Source: an uncultured Gemmatimonadaceae bacterium
GTDB taxonomy: Bacteria > Gemmatimonadota > Gemmatimonadetes > Gemmatimonadales > Gemmatimonadaceae
Assembly (NCBI GenBank): GCA_963822945.1
Contig: CAWGJO010000020.1
Coordinates: 672,001 to 736,000 of the forward strand
Direction: 5' to 3'
DNA length: 64,000 bases
Shown: in pieces, positions 20,498-32,260 of the stretch
Numbering within the stretch: the stretch's first letter is position 1
How the letters are laid out: each line of letters opens with the position of its first letter
The notes under the pieces: generated by a model
What the model saw: the letters and a program-made list of their open reading frames with translations, nothing else
What the model was told of the DNA's origin: nothing
The model's database searches: none
Position numbers and translations under genes: made by a program

Positions 20498-21112
20498 ATG
20501 CATCGAGTGGTTCGTCTCGCAATTCCGTGCGTGTTACTGGCTGGACTCTCGTGTCGGTCCACGGGGCCGACGCCTGCCCCTGCGCCGGCTCCGACTCCGG
20601 CGGCGGGTGCCGGCGCCGCCGCTCAGCGAGGCGAGGAGGGACCGCCCCGCGGTCGCGGCGAGTTCCCGGGCGGCTTCCGGCGGCGTGTCCCCCTCACCCC
20701 CGAGCAACGTGCCGCGCGACGTGATTCGATCAATGCCGACCGCCAGCGTCTCGCCGATTCATTGATGGCGACCATCGCCGGCCGGGAGAACGAGCCGGCA
20801 GGCAAGGTTTTCAAGAACGTGAAGCTTCTCAAGGACATGCCCGCCGGAAAGTTCATCGAGACGATGAACACCGACTACGCGAAGGCGATCGGTCGGAGCT
20901 GCAACTTCTGCCACGAGCGCGATGATTTCGCCAGCGACGAACGCAAGGAGAAGGCGACCACGCGCATCATGATCGCGATGGAGGACTCGATCAACAATTC
21001 GGCCGCATATCTGCCGCAGCTCAAGAACCGCCGCGGGACCTGGCCGCACATCGAGTGCGTCACCTGTCACCGCGGAATGAACGAGCCCAATCACGCGCTC
21101 CTGCCGCCGTAG
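20498..21112 (+). CDS. Diheme c-type cytochrome lipoprotein (reaction-centre cytochrome c subunit-like fold)
   Basis: Lipobox LAGLSC; FKNVKLLK; two heme motifs CNFCH and CVTCHRG. Confidence 0.8.
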   Translation: MHRVVRLAIPCVLLAGLSCRSTGPTPAPAPAPTPAAGAGAAAQRGEEGPPRGRGEFPGGFRRRVPLTPEQRAARRDSINADRQRLADSLMATIAGRENEPAGKVFKNVKLLKDMPAGKFIETMNTDYAKAIGRSCNFCHERDDFASDERKEKATTRIMIAMEDSINNSAAYLPQLKNRRGTWPHIECVTCHRGMNEPNHALLPP

Positions 21113-21139
21113 CGTCGGGCAGGACGGCATACCGAACGG

Positions 21140-21169
21140 AACCGCCGGACGCGTCTGCGTCCGGCGGTT
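21140..21169. terminator. 13-bp hairpin between convergent genes
   Basis: AACCGCCGGACGC-gtct-GCGTCCGGCGGTT. Confidence 0.75.
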
Positions 21170-21195
21170 TCACGTATCGGCGCTTGTGGAATCGG

Positions 21196-21432
21196 TTACT
21201 CCTCCCGGTCGAGCTCCAGCAGCTCGCGGGCGTCGGCCAGCGCCGCCTCCGGCACCAGCACGTCCACGCCCTTGGCGGTGGCGCCCTGAAAGCCCGGCCC
21301 GAAGATCCCCACGATGTCGTTGCCCCGCGAGACGGCGGGGATCTCCGCGCCCTCGAGCCGCGAAACCACCAGATCCGCCTCCAGCGCCGAGGAGTACGTC
21401 GCCAGCTTCGTCCACGCCGATTCCTTTCCCAT
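21196..21432 (-). CDS. DUF2007-like small protein
   Basis: EADLVVSRLEGAEIPA...VDVLVPE...ARELL pattern; RBS GAGG. Confidence 0.7.
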   Translation of the reverse strand: MGKESAWTKLATYSSALEADLVVSRLEGAEIPAVSRGNDIVGIFGPGFQGATAKGVDVLVPEAALADARELLELDREE

Positions 21433-21568
21433 TCCTCTGGCCCGTGTTGGTCTGTGCGTGCAAGATACGGGGCCGCCTCGCGGGGCGCGATCCCGGCCGG
21501 GGAGGTTTCCTCTTCCCGGCGGCCCCCGCTGACCTCCCCACCCACGTTTCCCGCAGGAGTTCTTCGTG

Positions 21569-22600
21569 ATGCGTTCTCACCTCCGGATCGCCCTGGTATG
21601 CGGTGCCGTCACCCTGGCGGCCGTGCCCTGTTCGGCGCAGACCGGCGCCGGCCGGCTCTATCATCTCATGCCCACGCCCGCCACCGTGGCCTACGGCTAC
21701 TACTGGGCGCAGGCCAAGCCGGTGCTGCACATCAAGTCCGGCGACGAGGTGGAGGTGGGCACACTCATCACCTCCACCCCGCGGCGGCTCGAAGGGGCAG
21801 GCGTCGCGCCGGCCGACGTGCAGCAGTCACTGCGCGATATCGTGGACAGCGTGAAGGACCGTGGCCCCGGCGGACACATTCTCACCGGCCCCATCTACGT
21901 GGAGGGCGCCGACTCGGGGGACGTGCTCGAGGTGCGGATCGAGAAGATCGATCTCTCCATTCCGTACGCCTATAACGCGTTCGGTCCGCGGAGCGGCTAT
22001 CTGCCCGAGGACTTTCACTACTCGCGCATGAAGATCATCCCGCTCGACAAGCAGCGGATGGTGGCTCACTTCGCTCCCGGCATCGACATCCCGCTGCACC
22101 CGTTCTTCGGAAGCATCGGCGACGCCCCCCCGGCCGCGATGGGGCGCGTGAGCAGCGCGCCGCCGGGAATTTTCGCCGGCAACCTCGACAACAAGGAACT
22201 CGTCGCCGGCACCACCCTCTACATCCCCGTGTGGACCAAGGGCGCCCTGCTGGAGATCGGAGACGGGCACGCGGGGCAGGGGAATGGCGAGGTGGACATC
22301 ACCGCACTCGAAACATCGTTGCTCGGACGCTTCCAGATCATCGTTCGCAAGGACCTGCATCTCGATTGGCCGCGCGCCGAAACACCCACGCACTACATCA
22401 CGATGGGCATCGACAGCAACCTCGTCACCGCCACCAAGAACGCGATCCGCCAGGCCATCGATTTCCTCGTGACGCAGAAGGGGCTGTCGCGCGACGACGC
22501 GTACATGCTGGTCAGCGTCTCCTCCGACGTCGACATCACCGAACTCGTGGACGGCACGCTCGGCGTGCACGTCATGATCCCCAAGGACATCTTCAAGTAG
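21569..22600 (+). CDS. Exported acetamidase/formamidase family protein
   Basis: GHILTGPIYVEGA.SGDVLEV, GNLDNKEL, GDGHAGQGNGEV, AYMLVS; signal peptide; RBS AGGAG. Confidence 0.88.
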   Translation: MRSHLRIALVCGAVTLAAVPCSAQTGAGRLYHLMPTPATVAYGYYWAQAKPVLHIKSGDEVEVGTLITSTPRRLEGAGVAPADVQQSLRDIVDSVKDRGPGGHILTGPIYVEGADSGDVLEVRIEKIDLSIPYAYNAFGPRSGYLPEDFHYSRMKIIPLDKQRMVAHFAPGIDIPLHPFFGSIGDAPPAAMGRVSSAPPGIFAGNLDNKELVAGTTLYIPVWTKGALLEIGDGHAGQGNGEVDITALETSLLGRFQIIVRKDLHLDWPRAETPTHYITMGIDSNLVTATKNAIRQAIDFLVTQKGLSRDDAYMLVSVSSDVDITELVDGTLGVHVMIPKDIFK

Positions 22601-22614
22601 CGTCGAGTTTCTCC

Positions 22615-23184
22615 ATGAGAGCGCAATCTCACGTGGCGATCTGGCTGTTCGTCGTTGGCGTCCTCGTCGGCGCGGCGTTGCCGGTCCGCGCGCAGGAGAC
22701 ACGTGACCCACATGCCGCCCAACCCGAACGTCCCACCGTGGCCACCCATGCTGGCACCGTGGCCCCCGGCTGGTTCGAGGTCGAGACCGGTATCGAGCGC
22801 GATCGCGTCGCCCCCGGAGTCTCTTTCGTGAGCACGCCGACCCTTCTCAAATTCGGAGTCGCGCCGCGTGGCCAGTTCGACGTCACGCTCACCACCGTCC
22901 GCCCATCGGGCCGCCAGTCGCTGGGCCTCGGTGATGCCGGCGTTGGTGTCAAATGGCGGCTGGCCGACGACCTGCCCCTGTTGGGCGTGGACGGCGGAGA
23001 TCTTCGGCAACCCGGCGTTCGCCGGCTCCCTGGCTCCCTCGGTTGGGTTCCTGACCGGACCGACCTGGGCGATCCATCCCTGGTTCGTCGCCGATCTCGG
23101 GCTCATCGTCGACGTGGGCGGCCCACAGCCGCCGGCGCTCTACGCGGGGTTGACCTGGAACGCGGGGCGGCTCCCATGGAATGA
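22615..23184 (+). pseudogene. Frameshifted or internally deleted outer-membrane 'transporter'-type beta-barrel gene
   Basis: Frame 1 gives signal peptide + QPERPTVATHAGTVAPGWFEVETG...KWRLADDLPLLG; barrel-like text continues in frame 2 from about 22985 (WTAEIFG...LYAGLTWNAGRL). Confidence 0.6.
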
Positions 23185-23293
23185 GGAAGGTTGCATCGCG
23201 TGCCGAGATGTCTCGGACTCGGCGTCCCCTGTTGCTGAAACGGGGACTCTCCTCCACCATCAATTTTCCGGTCGCTGCCACGGAGGCCGCCGC

Positions 23294-23596
23294 ATGAGCC
23301 CAACGACCAGTACGCCGGACCACGACAACGAAGAACTCGCCAGACTCCGGCTTGAGATCGAGCAGGTTGATCGCGATCTGATCAGGTTGATCGCGAGTCG
23401 CGTCGGACTGGCACGCCGGGTCGGCTTGGTCAAACGCGCCGCCGGGCTTCCGGCACTCGATCCGGATCGCGAGGCCGCCGTGATCCGCCGGGTGAGCACG
23501 GTCGCACGAGAAGAAGGTGCGCCTGAGGATGATGTGCGCTCCCTGTTCCAGCATATCATCGGCATGTCGCGCCGCGTTCAACTCACCGAGGAGTGA
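23294..23596 (+). CDS. Monofunctional chorismate mutase (AroQ-type)
   Basis: LARLRLEIEQVDRDLIRLIASR...K...DPDRE...SRRVQ; RBS GGAGG. Confidence 0.85.
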   Translation: MSPTTSTPDHDNEELARLRLEIEQVDRDLIRLIASRVGLARRVGLVKRAAGLPALDPDREAAVIRRVSTVAREEGAPEDDVRSLFQHIIGMSRRVQLTEE

Positions 23597-23639
23597 TGTC
23601 TGCCGGAAGATCGTCCTGAGGACTCGAGGACCCCACGAC

Positions 23640-26327
23640 CTAGTCCGCCCGCAACACCTGCATCGGATCCACTCGCGTGGCTCGAAGCGCCGGCAGCAGA
23701 CTGGCCGCAGCGGCCGTGAGCAGCACGACCAGCGGCACGACGGTGAACGTCACCGGGTCGGTGGCCGTCACCCCGAACAGCAACGACGACAGCACGCGCG
23801 ACCCCACGAACGCCACCGCGAGTCCGGCCGCCACGCCCACGCCGGCCAGCACCAGGCCCTCGCCGACCACCGTCCGCATCACGCGGTGGCGGCTGGCGCC
23901 CAGCGCCATCCGTATCCCCATTTCGGGCGCCCGCTCGGTGACCGCGTAGCTCAGCACCCCGTGCACGCCGACCACCGCCAACACGATCGCCAGACCGGCG
24001 AACAGCACCAGCAGCATCGCGTTGAAACGCGGCTTGGCGATGCTCGCCGACTCGGTACGCCGCAACGGCTCGACACCGTAGAGCGCGATCTGCGGATCGA
24101 TGGCGCGCACCGCCTGTCGGATGGCACCGGCCACGACCGTGGGATCGGAACCGGTCGTCCGCGCCAGCAACGTCACGGACTGCAGTGGCGCCTGGGCCAT
24201 CGGCGCGTAGGCCGCCGGGTCGGTGGGTGCGTCGATGCCGCGAAACTTCTCGTCGCCGATCACACCGACGATCCGCCGCGTGATCCCCCACCACCGCACT
24301 TCCTGGCCCACCGCCCCATGCGGGAAGTAGCGTTGCGCCGCCGTGTGGTTGATCACCACGACCTGCGGAGCGTGGGCGTCGTCCGCCGCCTCGATGCCGC
24401 GCCCCTCGAGCAACGGCACGCCGAGCGTCTTCAGATAGCCCGGGGTCAGGAACCTCGTCCTGATCTCGGGGAACTTGGCCGACTCCTCCTCACGGCCGAC
24501 GATCTGCCACGAGTTGGTGAACCCCGGATCCAGCGGAGACCCGCCAGCCATTGCCGCCGACTCCACACCCGGAATTCCCCGAACGGCGGCGAGCAACCGG
24601 CTGTTGAACGACTGAATGGCCGGCGCATCCGGATACTTGCGGTAGTCGATCGGATACCGCGTGCCCGGCAACTGATACTGGACCTTCAGCACCCGCGCCG
24701 CGTCGAAGCCGGGATTGACGCTCTGTAGCCGCCACAGACTCCGCACCAGGAGGCCGGCCCCAACCACCAGCAGCACCGCCGCCGCCACCTCGCTCACCAC
24801 CAGCGCCGACCGGAACCGCCGGGTACCGCGGCTTCCCGACACCCGGCCGGCCCCGTGCGCCTTGAGCGTCTGCTGGATGTCGATACGCCGTGTCTGCAGG
24901 GCCGGCAGCATCCCGAATACGAGGGCGACGAGTGCGGCAATGCCGGTGGCGTACGCGAGCACCGTCCCATTCACGGCCACGCCGTCGAGACGCGGAATGT
25001 CGGCCGGCGCCAGTAGTACCAGAGACCGCAGCCCCAGAACGGCGAGCCCCACACCCGCCGCGCTCCCGAGAAGGACGAGCAGCAGCGACTCGGCGAGGAA
25101 CTGCCGGTGCAGCCGGCCCGGCCCGGCGCCGAGCGCCCTCCGCAGGGCTACTTCTCGGGCACGAGTTGCGGTGCGCGCCAGAAGCAGGTTGGCCACGTTG
25201 GCGCAGGTCACCAACAGGACCAGGATGACCGCCCCCAACAACATGAGGAGCGCCGGGCGAATGCCGCCGAACACGACGTCGCTGTAGCCCTCGAGGTTCA
25301 CACCGCGATTCGCGTTCACCTGATATTGATGCTCCAGCTCCGCGCTGATCGATGCGATCTCCTTCTGCGCGGTGCCCAGCGTTGCGCCGGGCGCGAGGCG
25401 GCCGAGGGTGAGGAACGGGTGGGTCTGGCGACCAAAGACCGCCGGCGACGGCTGGAGGGCAACCCAGAGGTCCACGTGCTCGCCGCTGAACGTTGCCGCG
25501 TAGTCGGCCCGTTCGTGCACCTGCCGGATCCCGAGGTCCGCCGACGTCGGAACGACACCGACGATGGTCGTCGGCTTGCCGTCCACGCTGATCGTGCGAC
25601 CGATCACCCCGCGGTCGCCGTTGTAGTGGGATCGCCAGAAGCCCGCGCCCAGAACCGCCACCTGAGGACCGCCCATCGCCCCCTCGTCTGCCCGGAACAG
25701 CCGGCCGGCGACCGGCGCCACGCCCAGCATCGACAGGAGGTTCGGCGTCACGTCGAGCGCGGCGACGCGCAGCGGATCGCCGTCCCCGGTGATCGTGACA
25801 TCGGCGCCCATTACGCTCCCGATCGACGACAGCGTGTGACTGCGCGACCGGAAGTCCGCGACGTCGGGCCACGAGGCCGGCTCGTGCTGTGTCCCGCTTC
25901 CACGGTCGGTTTCCCACACCATTACCAGACGATCGGGATCGTGGAACGGCGACGGCTGAAGCAGCACGGTGTCGACGACGCTGAAGATCGCGGTGTTCGC
26001 CCCGGTGCCCAGGGCCAGCGTCAGAATGGCGGTGGCGGCGAAAACCGGGTGCGAAACGAGTAGCCGCCACCCGTGCCTCACGTCGCTCCGTAACTCGTCC
26101 CACCAGTTGACGCGCCGCTGATCGCGCGCCTCCTCGCGGAATCGTTCCACGCCCCCGAACTGCACGAGCGCGCGACGCCGGGCTTCTTCCGGACTCAGCC
26201 CACGTGCTCTCCCGGCCGCCGCTTCCATCTCCACGTGAAAGCGCAGTTCCTCGGAGAGTTCCTGTTCCGTTCTGCCCCGCCGCCAGAGCGCGCGCAACCG
26301 CATCCACAATCCGCGAATCCTGTCCAT
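23640..26327 (-). CDS. ADOP-type duplicated MacB/FtsX ABC permease
   Basis: N-terminal EELRFHVEME...FGG prefix, TLALGTGANTAIFSVV, CANVANLLLAR, EMGIRMALGA, ends VDPMQVLRAD. Confidence 0.92.
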   Translation of the reverse strand: MDRIRGLWMRLRALWRRGRTEQELSEELRFHVEMEAAAGRARGLSPEEARRRALVQFGGVERFREEARDQRRVNWWDELRSDVRHGWRLLVSHPVFAATAILTLALGTGANTAIFSVVDTVLLQPSPFHDPDRLVMVWETDRGSGTQHEPASWPDVADFRSRSHTLSSIGSVMGADVTITGDGDPLRVAALDVTPNLLSMLGVAPVAGRLFRADEGAMGGPQVAVLGAGFWRSHYNGDRGVIGRTISVDGKPTTIVGVVPTSADLGIRQVHERADYAATFSGEHVDLWVALQPSPAVFGRQTHPFLTLGRLAPGATLGTAQKEIASISAELEHQYQVNANRGVNLEGYSDVVFGGIRPALLMLLGAVILVLLVTCANVANLLLARTATRAREVALRRALGAGPGRLHRQFLAESLLLVLLGSAAGVGLAVLGLRSLVLLAPADIPRLDGVAVNGTVLAYATGIAALVALVFGMLPALQTRRIDIQQTLKAHGAGRVSGSRGTRRFRSALVVSEVAAAVLLVVGAGLLVRSLWRLQSVNPGFDAARVLKVQYQLPGTRYPIDYRKYPDAPAIQSFNSRLLAAVRGIPGVESAAMAGGSPLDPGFTNSWQIVGREEESAKFPEIRTRFLTPGYLKTLGVPLLEGRGIEAADDAHAPQVVVINHTAAQRYFPHGAVGQEVRWWGITRRIVGVIGDEKFRGIDAPTDPAAYAPMAQAPLQSVTLLARTTGSDPTVVAGAIRQAVRAIDPQIALYGVEPLRRTESASIAKPRFNAMLLVLFAGLAIVLAVVGVHGVLSYAVTERAPEMGIRMALGASRHRVMRTVVGEGLVLAGVGVAAGLAVAFVGSRVLSSLLFGVTATDPVTFTVVPLVVLLTAAAASLLPALRATRVDPMQVLRAD

Positions 26328-26339
26328 TGTCCCCTCCGG

Positions 26340-26672
26340 CTACTGAATGGCCAGCACCAACTCGATGGCGGTGGAGAAGCGCCGCCACGTGGCGAGTTCG
26401 GTCTGCAGCTGCTTGCGCCCGGTGGCCGTGAGGCGATAGAACTTGGCCCGGCGATTGTTCTCGCTGGCCCCCCACGACGCGGCAATCCAGCCGCGGTATT
26501 CCAGACGGTGCAGCGCCGGGTACAGGGATCCCTGATTCACCTGCAGCACGTCGCGCGAGATCTGCTGGATGCGCTGGGCCACCCCCCACCCGTGCATCGG
26601 CTCCACCGAGAGCGCCTTCAGAATCAACAGATCGAGCGTCCCTTGCAGGACGTCGGCATTGGACGTTGCCAT
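26340..26672 (-). CDS. PadR family transcriptional regulator (acidobacterial type)
   Basis: [39 protein letters not shown]. Confidence 0.93.
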   Translation of the reverse strand: MATSNADVLQGTLDLLILKALSVEPMHGWGVAQRIQQISRDVLQVNQGSLYPALHRLEYRGWIAASWGASENNRRAKFYRLTATGRKQLQTELATWRRFSTAIELVLAIQ

Positions 26673-26679
26673 GTTGCGT

Positions 26680-26736
26680 TTCCCCTAGACGGTCGACAGG
26701 GGAACCCTAGGCGCCGCCTTGTAGAACGTCAAGGGG
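26680..26736 (-). promoter_or_regulatory. Sigma70 promoter (TTGACG-N17-TAGGGT) overlapped by two related operator-like sites
   Basis: -35 at 26732-26727, -10 at 26709-26704; sites CCCCTAGACGGTCGACAGGG (+) and CCCCTTGACGTTCTACAAGG (-) match at 16/20. Confidence 0.7.
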
Positions 26737-26841
26737 AGCGGCGCCGGCGGCGCCGGGGCGCACGACGAAACACGGCCGCCCCGTCACGCGAGGCGGCCGT
26801 GCCACGGGGACGCCCGCCCCCGTTCGCCCGGTTCGCACGTC

Positions 26842-27594
26842 TCAGGTGGAGCGCATGTAGTGGCAGCCCGCTTCCTGCGCACGGATCACCGCGAAGATGC
26901 CCGACGGCTGGAGTTGCAGCCCCGGAATCAGGTGACGGCGCAGTTCGTCGAACACGGCGTCCGCATGGTCGTTCGTCTGTCCAGCCAGGATGCCGGCAAA
27001 CCCGCGCGCGGCGAGCGCGCAACCCAGGAGCACCGCCCCGCGCGCCCGGAGCGCGTCCAGGGTGAAGTCGGCGCCTGCCTTGTCGTCGGGCAGGGCTTTC
27101 CAGAACGGATTCCGCGTCACCCAGTTCTCGGAGCCGGGCTCTTTGAGCTTGGTGTACTTGCCGAGCTGGTAGTGCGCCCAGATCGCGTCGTCGAACACCA
27201 TCGGGATGCCCATGTGGCGCATGACGATCACCGCGTTCACGTCGGCGTCCTGCACCTTGTACATGTCCTTGAAGCCCTGCATGTACGTGTACGCGTTGAA
27301 CACGGCCGTCCCGTCTTCGATGGATGGCGAGTCGAACACCGCGCGGTATCGGCCGGTGAGCCGCGAAGCCCACGCATCGTCGAACTCGAGGGCGGGCATC
27401 GGAGGAGCCGGCGGAAGCTTCGGGATGTCCGCCGCCGGGGTGGGGGCGGGACTCGGCGTCGGTGCGGTCGCCCCGATCGCCGCCGTGGCGCTTCCGCTGG
27501 CACACGCCGTCGCCGCAACACCCACGGCCACGGTGGCGAGCTGACCCAGAAATGCGCGGCGCGGCGTGGTGTTGGGGTGGACGGGTTCGGACAC
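26842..27594 (-). CDS. Tat-exported DsrE-like protein
   Basis: Twin-arginine PRRAFLG signal, AVFDSP, VIVMRH, LLGCALA, PSGIFAVIRAQEAGC; GTG start inferred. Confidence 0.65.
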   Translation of the reverse strand: MSEPVHPNTTPRRAFLGQLATVAVGVAATACASGSATAAIGATAPTPSPAPTPAADIPKLPPAPPMPALEFDDAWASRLTGRYRAVFDSPSIEDGTAVFNAYTYMQGFKDMYKVQDADVNAVIVMRHMGIPMVFDDAIWAHYQLGKYTKLKEPGSENWVTRNPFWKALPDDKAGADFTLDALRARGAVLLGCALAARGFAGILAGQTNDHADAVFDELRRHLIPGLQLQPSGIFAVIRAQEAGCHYMRST

Positions 27595-27704
27595 AGTCGA
27601 CTCCGGGCGGGAGGTGGAGGCGCCGCGACGAAAGGAACGACGCCCCACGATCACGGTGGGGCGTCGGTATCGGCAGGGGGACTCTCGTGCGGTGTACGAA
27701 TGAG

Positions 27705-27776
27705 AGGCGCGGGCGGGAATCGAACCCGCGTATAGCGGTTTTGCAGACCGCCGCCTTACCACTTGGCTACCGCGCC
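27705..27776 (-). tRNA. tRNA-Cys (GCA), CCA not encoded
   Basis: Minus strand reads GGCGCGG TAGCCAAGTGGTAAGGC G GCGGT-CTGCAAA-ACCGC TATAC GCGGG-TTCGATT-CCCGC CCGCGCC T: full cloverleaf with U discriminator. Confidence 0.97.
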
Positions 27777-27900
27777 ACAGGCAGTGCAACTTAGCGGCCA
27801 GCCCACACCCCCTCAAGCACGATCCGCCGCCCGGGCGCCCGGAATCGGCACGCCGGATTCCTGTCGTTGCACATCGGCTTCCGTTAATCTCCGCCCGGCC

Positions 27901-29181
27901 ATGCCCGCATTCACCCCACCGCCCGACCCACTGCCCCCGCCCCTGCGGCCACCCTCCCACGATCCGTACGCATCCCTCCGCGTACCCAACTTCCGGTGGT
28001 TCGTCGTGAGCGTGTTCACGATGACCATGGCCACGCAGATCCAGGGCATCGTCGTCGGCTGGCAGATCTACGCGATCACGCATGACCCGCTCTCCCTCGG
28101 CCTCATCGGGCTCGCCGAGGCGCTTCCCTTCCTGAGCATCTCACTACCCGCCGGCCATACGGCCGACCGGCTCAATCGACGCACCATCACGCTCCTCTCG
28201 CTGGCTGCCATGCTCGCCTGCTCGGCGAGCTTCGTCGTCTTCAGCCTCAACCCGTGGATTCTCGCGCTTCCCGGCGCCTGGCCCTTCTATGCCGTGATCT
28301 TCGTCAGCGGCATCGCCCGGGCCTTCCTCAACCCGGCCCGGGCGGCGTTGCTCGCCGAGATCATTCCGCGCTCCTCGTACGCCAACGCCGCCGCTTGGCG
28401 GAGTTCATCCTGGCAGACCGCATCGGTCGCCGGTCCCGCCATCGGCGGGCTGCTCTACGGCTTCTCCACGGCGACCGTGGCGTACGAGGCCGACACGATC
28501 TGCATGCTCGTGGCGTTCATCTGCTTCGCGGCCATTCGCTACACGCCGTCCGTTCCCGGCGCCAACCGTGAACCGCTGGCCCGGAGTCTCCGGACGGGAA
28601 TTCGATTCGTCTTTCGCACGCCCGTCATTCTCGGGGCGCTCACCCTCGACCTGTTCTCCGTCCTCCTCGGGGGCGCCGAAGCGCTGCTGCCCGTGTTCGC
28701 GTCGGACATTCTCCACGTCGGACCGGAAGGCCTGGGTATTCTCCGCGCCGCCCCGGCAGTTGGCGCCGTCCTCATGTCCGTCTACCTGGCGCACCGGCGT
28801 CCCATGGAACGCGCCGGGCGCGCCATGCTGTTCGCGGTGGCGACCTTTGCCATCGCCATCGTGGGATTCGGGCTGTCCCGGAGCGCAGTGCTGTCGTTCG
28901 CCCTGCTCGCCGTGAGCGGCATGGCGGACAACGTGAGCGTCGTCGTGCGGTCCACCCTGATCCAATTGATGTCTCCGCCGGAAATGCTCGGTCGGATATC
29001 CGCCGTGAATGCGATCTTCGTCGGATCATCCAATGAACTCGGTGCCTTCGAATCCGGCGTCACCGCTCGTCTGCTCGGCACCGTAACGGCCGTCATCTTG
29101 GGAGGGTTGGCTTCATTGGGAGTGGTGGGAATCGTCTCGAAGACGGTGCCACAGCTTCGAGACCTGAAGCGACTGGAATAG
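27901..29181 (+). CDS. MFS transporter (EntS/DHA3-like)
   Basis: 12-TM pattern, AGHTADRLNRR, GPAIGGLL, LDLFSVLLGGA, GSSNELGAFESG. Confidence 0.9.
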   Translation: MPAFTPPPDPLPPPLRPPSHDPYASLRVPNFRWFVVSVFTMTMATQIQGIVVGWQIYAITHDPLSLGLIGLAEALPFLSISLPAGHTADRLNRRTITLLSLAAMLACSASFVVFSLNPWILALPGAWPFYAVIFVSGIARAFLNPARAALLAEIIPRSSYANAAAWRSSSWQTASVAGPAIGGLLYGFSTATVAYEADTICMLVAFICFAAIRYTPSVPGANREPLARSLRTGIRFVFRTPVILGALTLDLFSVLLGGAEALLPVFASDILHVGPEGLGILRAAPAVGAVLMSVYLAHRRPMERAGRAMLFAVATFAIAIVGFGLSRSAVLSFALLAVSGMADNVSVVVRSTLIQLMSPPEMLGRISAVNAIFVGSSNELGAFESGVTARLLGTVTAVILGGLASLGVVGIVSKTVPQLRDLKRLE

Positions 29182-29292
29182 CCCTCGACCAGCCGGGATC
29201 GGAATTGTGCGAAGATCCAACAGACAGCGTGCCTGATTGTCTTTATATGGTCAAATGCCTATTATGGCTTTCACTTCCAAAGCATAAATGGC

Positions 29293-29760
29293 ATGGACGC
29301 ACTTGATTACAAGGCACTGTCCAGGCTTCAGCAGTTCGGCCGCGACAGTTGGAAACACCTCGGGGAGATTCTCGGAATCACCGCCCAGGCTGCCGCAGAC
29401 CGAATTCGCCGGCTCGAGGAGCAGGGCGTCGTGCACGGCTACGCGGCCCTGGTCGACCCGGACTCGGTAGGCCTGCACGTCGCGGCCTTCGTGGCGGTAA
29501 GCCTGGAGCGCCCGAAGCACCGGGAACCCTTCCTGGAACACGTGTCCTCACTCTCCGAAGTCCAAGAGTGCCATCACGTTTCAGGCGACGATGACTACCT
29601 ATTGAAGGTCCGTTGCCGGGGCACATCCGACCTGGAGAGGCTGGTCGACGACGAGATCAGGGCGATCCCCGGGGTGGTCAGGACACGCACCACGATCGTG
29701 CTGCGAAGCACCAAGGAGACCGTAGCCCTGCCGTTGGTCACTGGGCCGGTTCAGGGATAG
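29293..29760 (+). CDS. Lrp/AsnC family transcriptional regulator
   Basis: MDALDYKAL..LQ..GR, RIRRLEEQGVV.GY, ECHHVSGDDDYLLKV, RTRTTIVL. Confidence 0.93.
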   Translation: MDALDYKALSRLQQFGRDSWKHLGEILGITAQAAADRIRRLEEQGVVHGYAALVDPDSVGLHVAAFVAVSLERPKHREPFLEHVSSLSEVQECHHVSGDDDYLLKVRCRGTSDLERLVDDEIRAIPGVVRTRTTIVLRSTKETVALPLVTGPVQG

Positions 29761-29799
29761 TGGCCATGGATCGAAGGAAGATGCGTGAACATCAATTCG

Positions 29800-29895
29800 T
29801 GCACCTATTGCACAACCAATAGTGCAATTGGTACATTCTGCGGTCAGAATTGGCGATCACGCCGCCAATATTCTGCAAAATCTGCACAATTCGCG
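29800..29895 (+). promoter_or_regulatory. AT-rich control region with dyads upstream of GSIII
   Basis: ATTGCAC-N8-GTGCAAT (29807-29828) and ATTCTG-N4-CAGAAT (29835-29850). Confidence 0.5.
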
Positions 29896-29934
29896 AAACA
29901 CCAATCAACCTCAGGATTTCCGAGCCGCCCGTCC

Positions 29935-32151
<2,217 letters not shown>

Positions 32152-32174
32152 CGGTTCGGCGCTGGCGGACGCGG

Positions 32175-32208
32175 AACGGGAGGCACATTCTTGTGTGCCT
32201 CCCGTTTT
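32175..32208 (+). terminator. Intrinsic terminator after GSIII
   Basis: AACGGGAGGCACA-loop-TGTGCCTCCCGTT followed by TT. Confidence 0.8.
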
Positions 32209-32260
32209 CATTCCTCCCCACCGGAGCGTCCACGCTCCGACTGCCCCCACAGGAGTCCCC

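Noticed and set aside
20498..21112. Photosynthesis gene pufC
   Set aside because: Only two CxxCH motifs (PufC is tetraheme) and no puf/bch genes in the window.
27600..27800. tRNA-anchored genomic island or prophage
   Set aside because: No integrase and no duplicated tRNA 3' end noticed; flanking genes look chromosomal.
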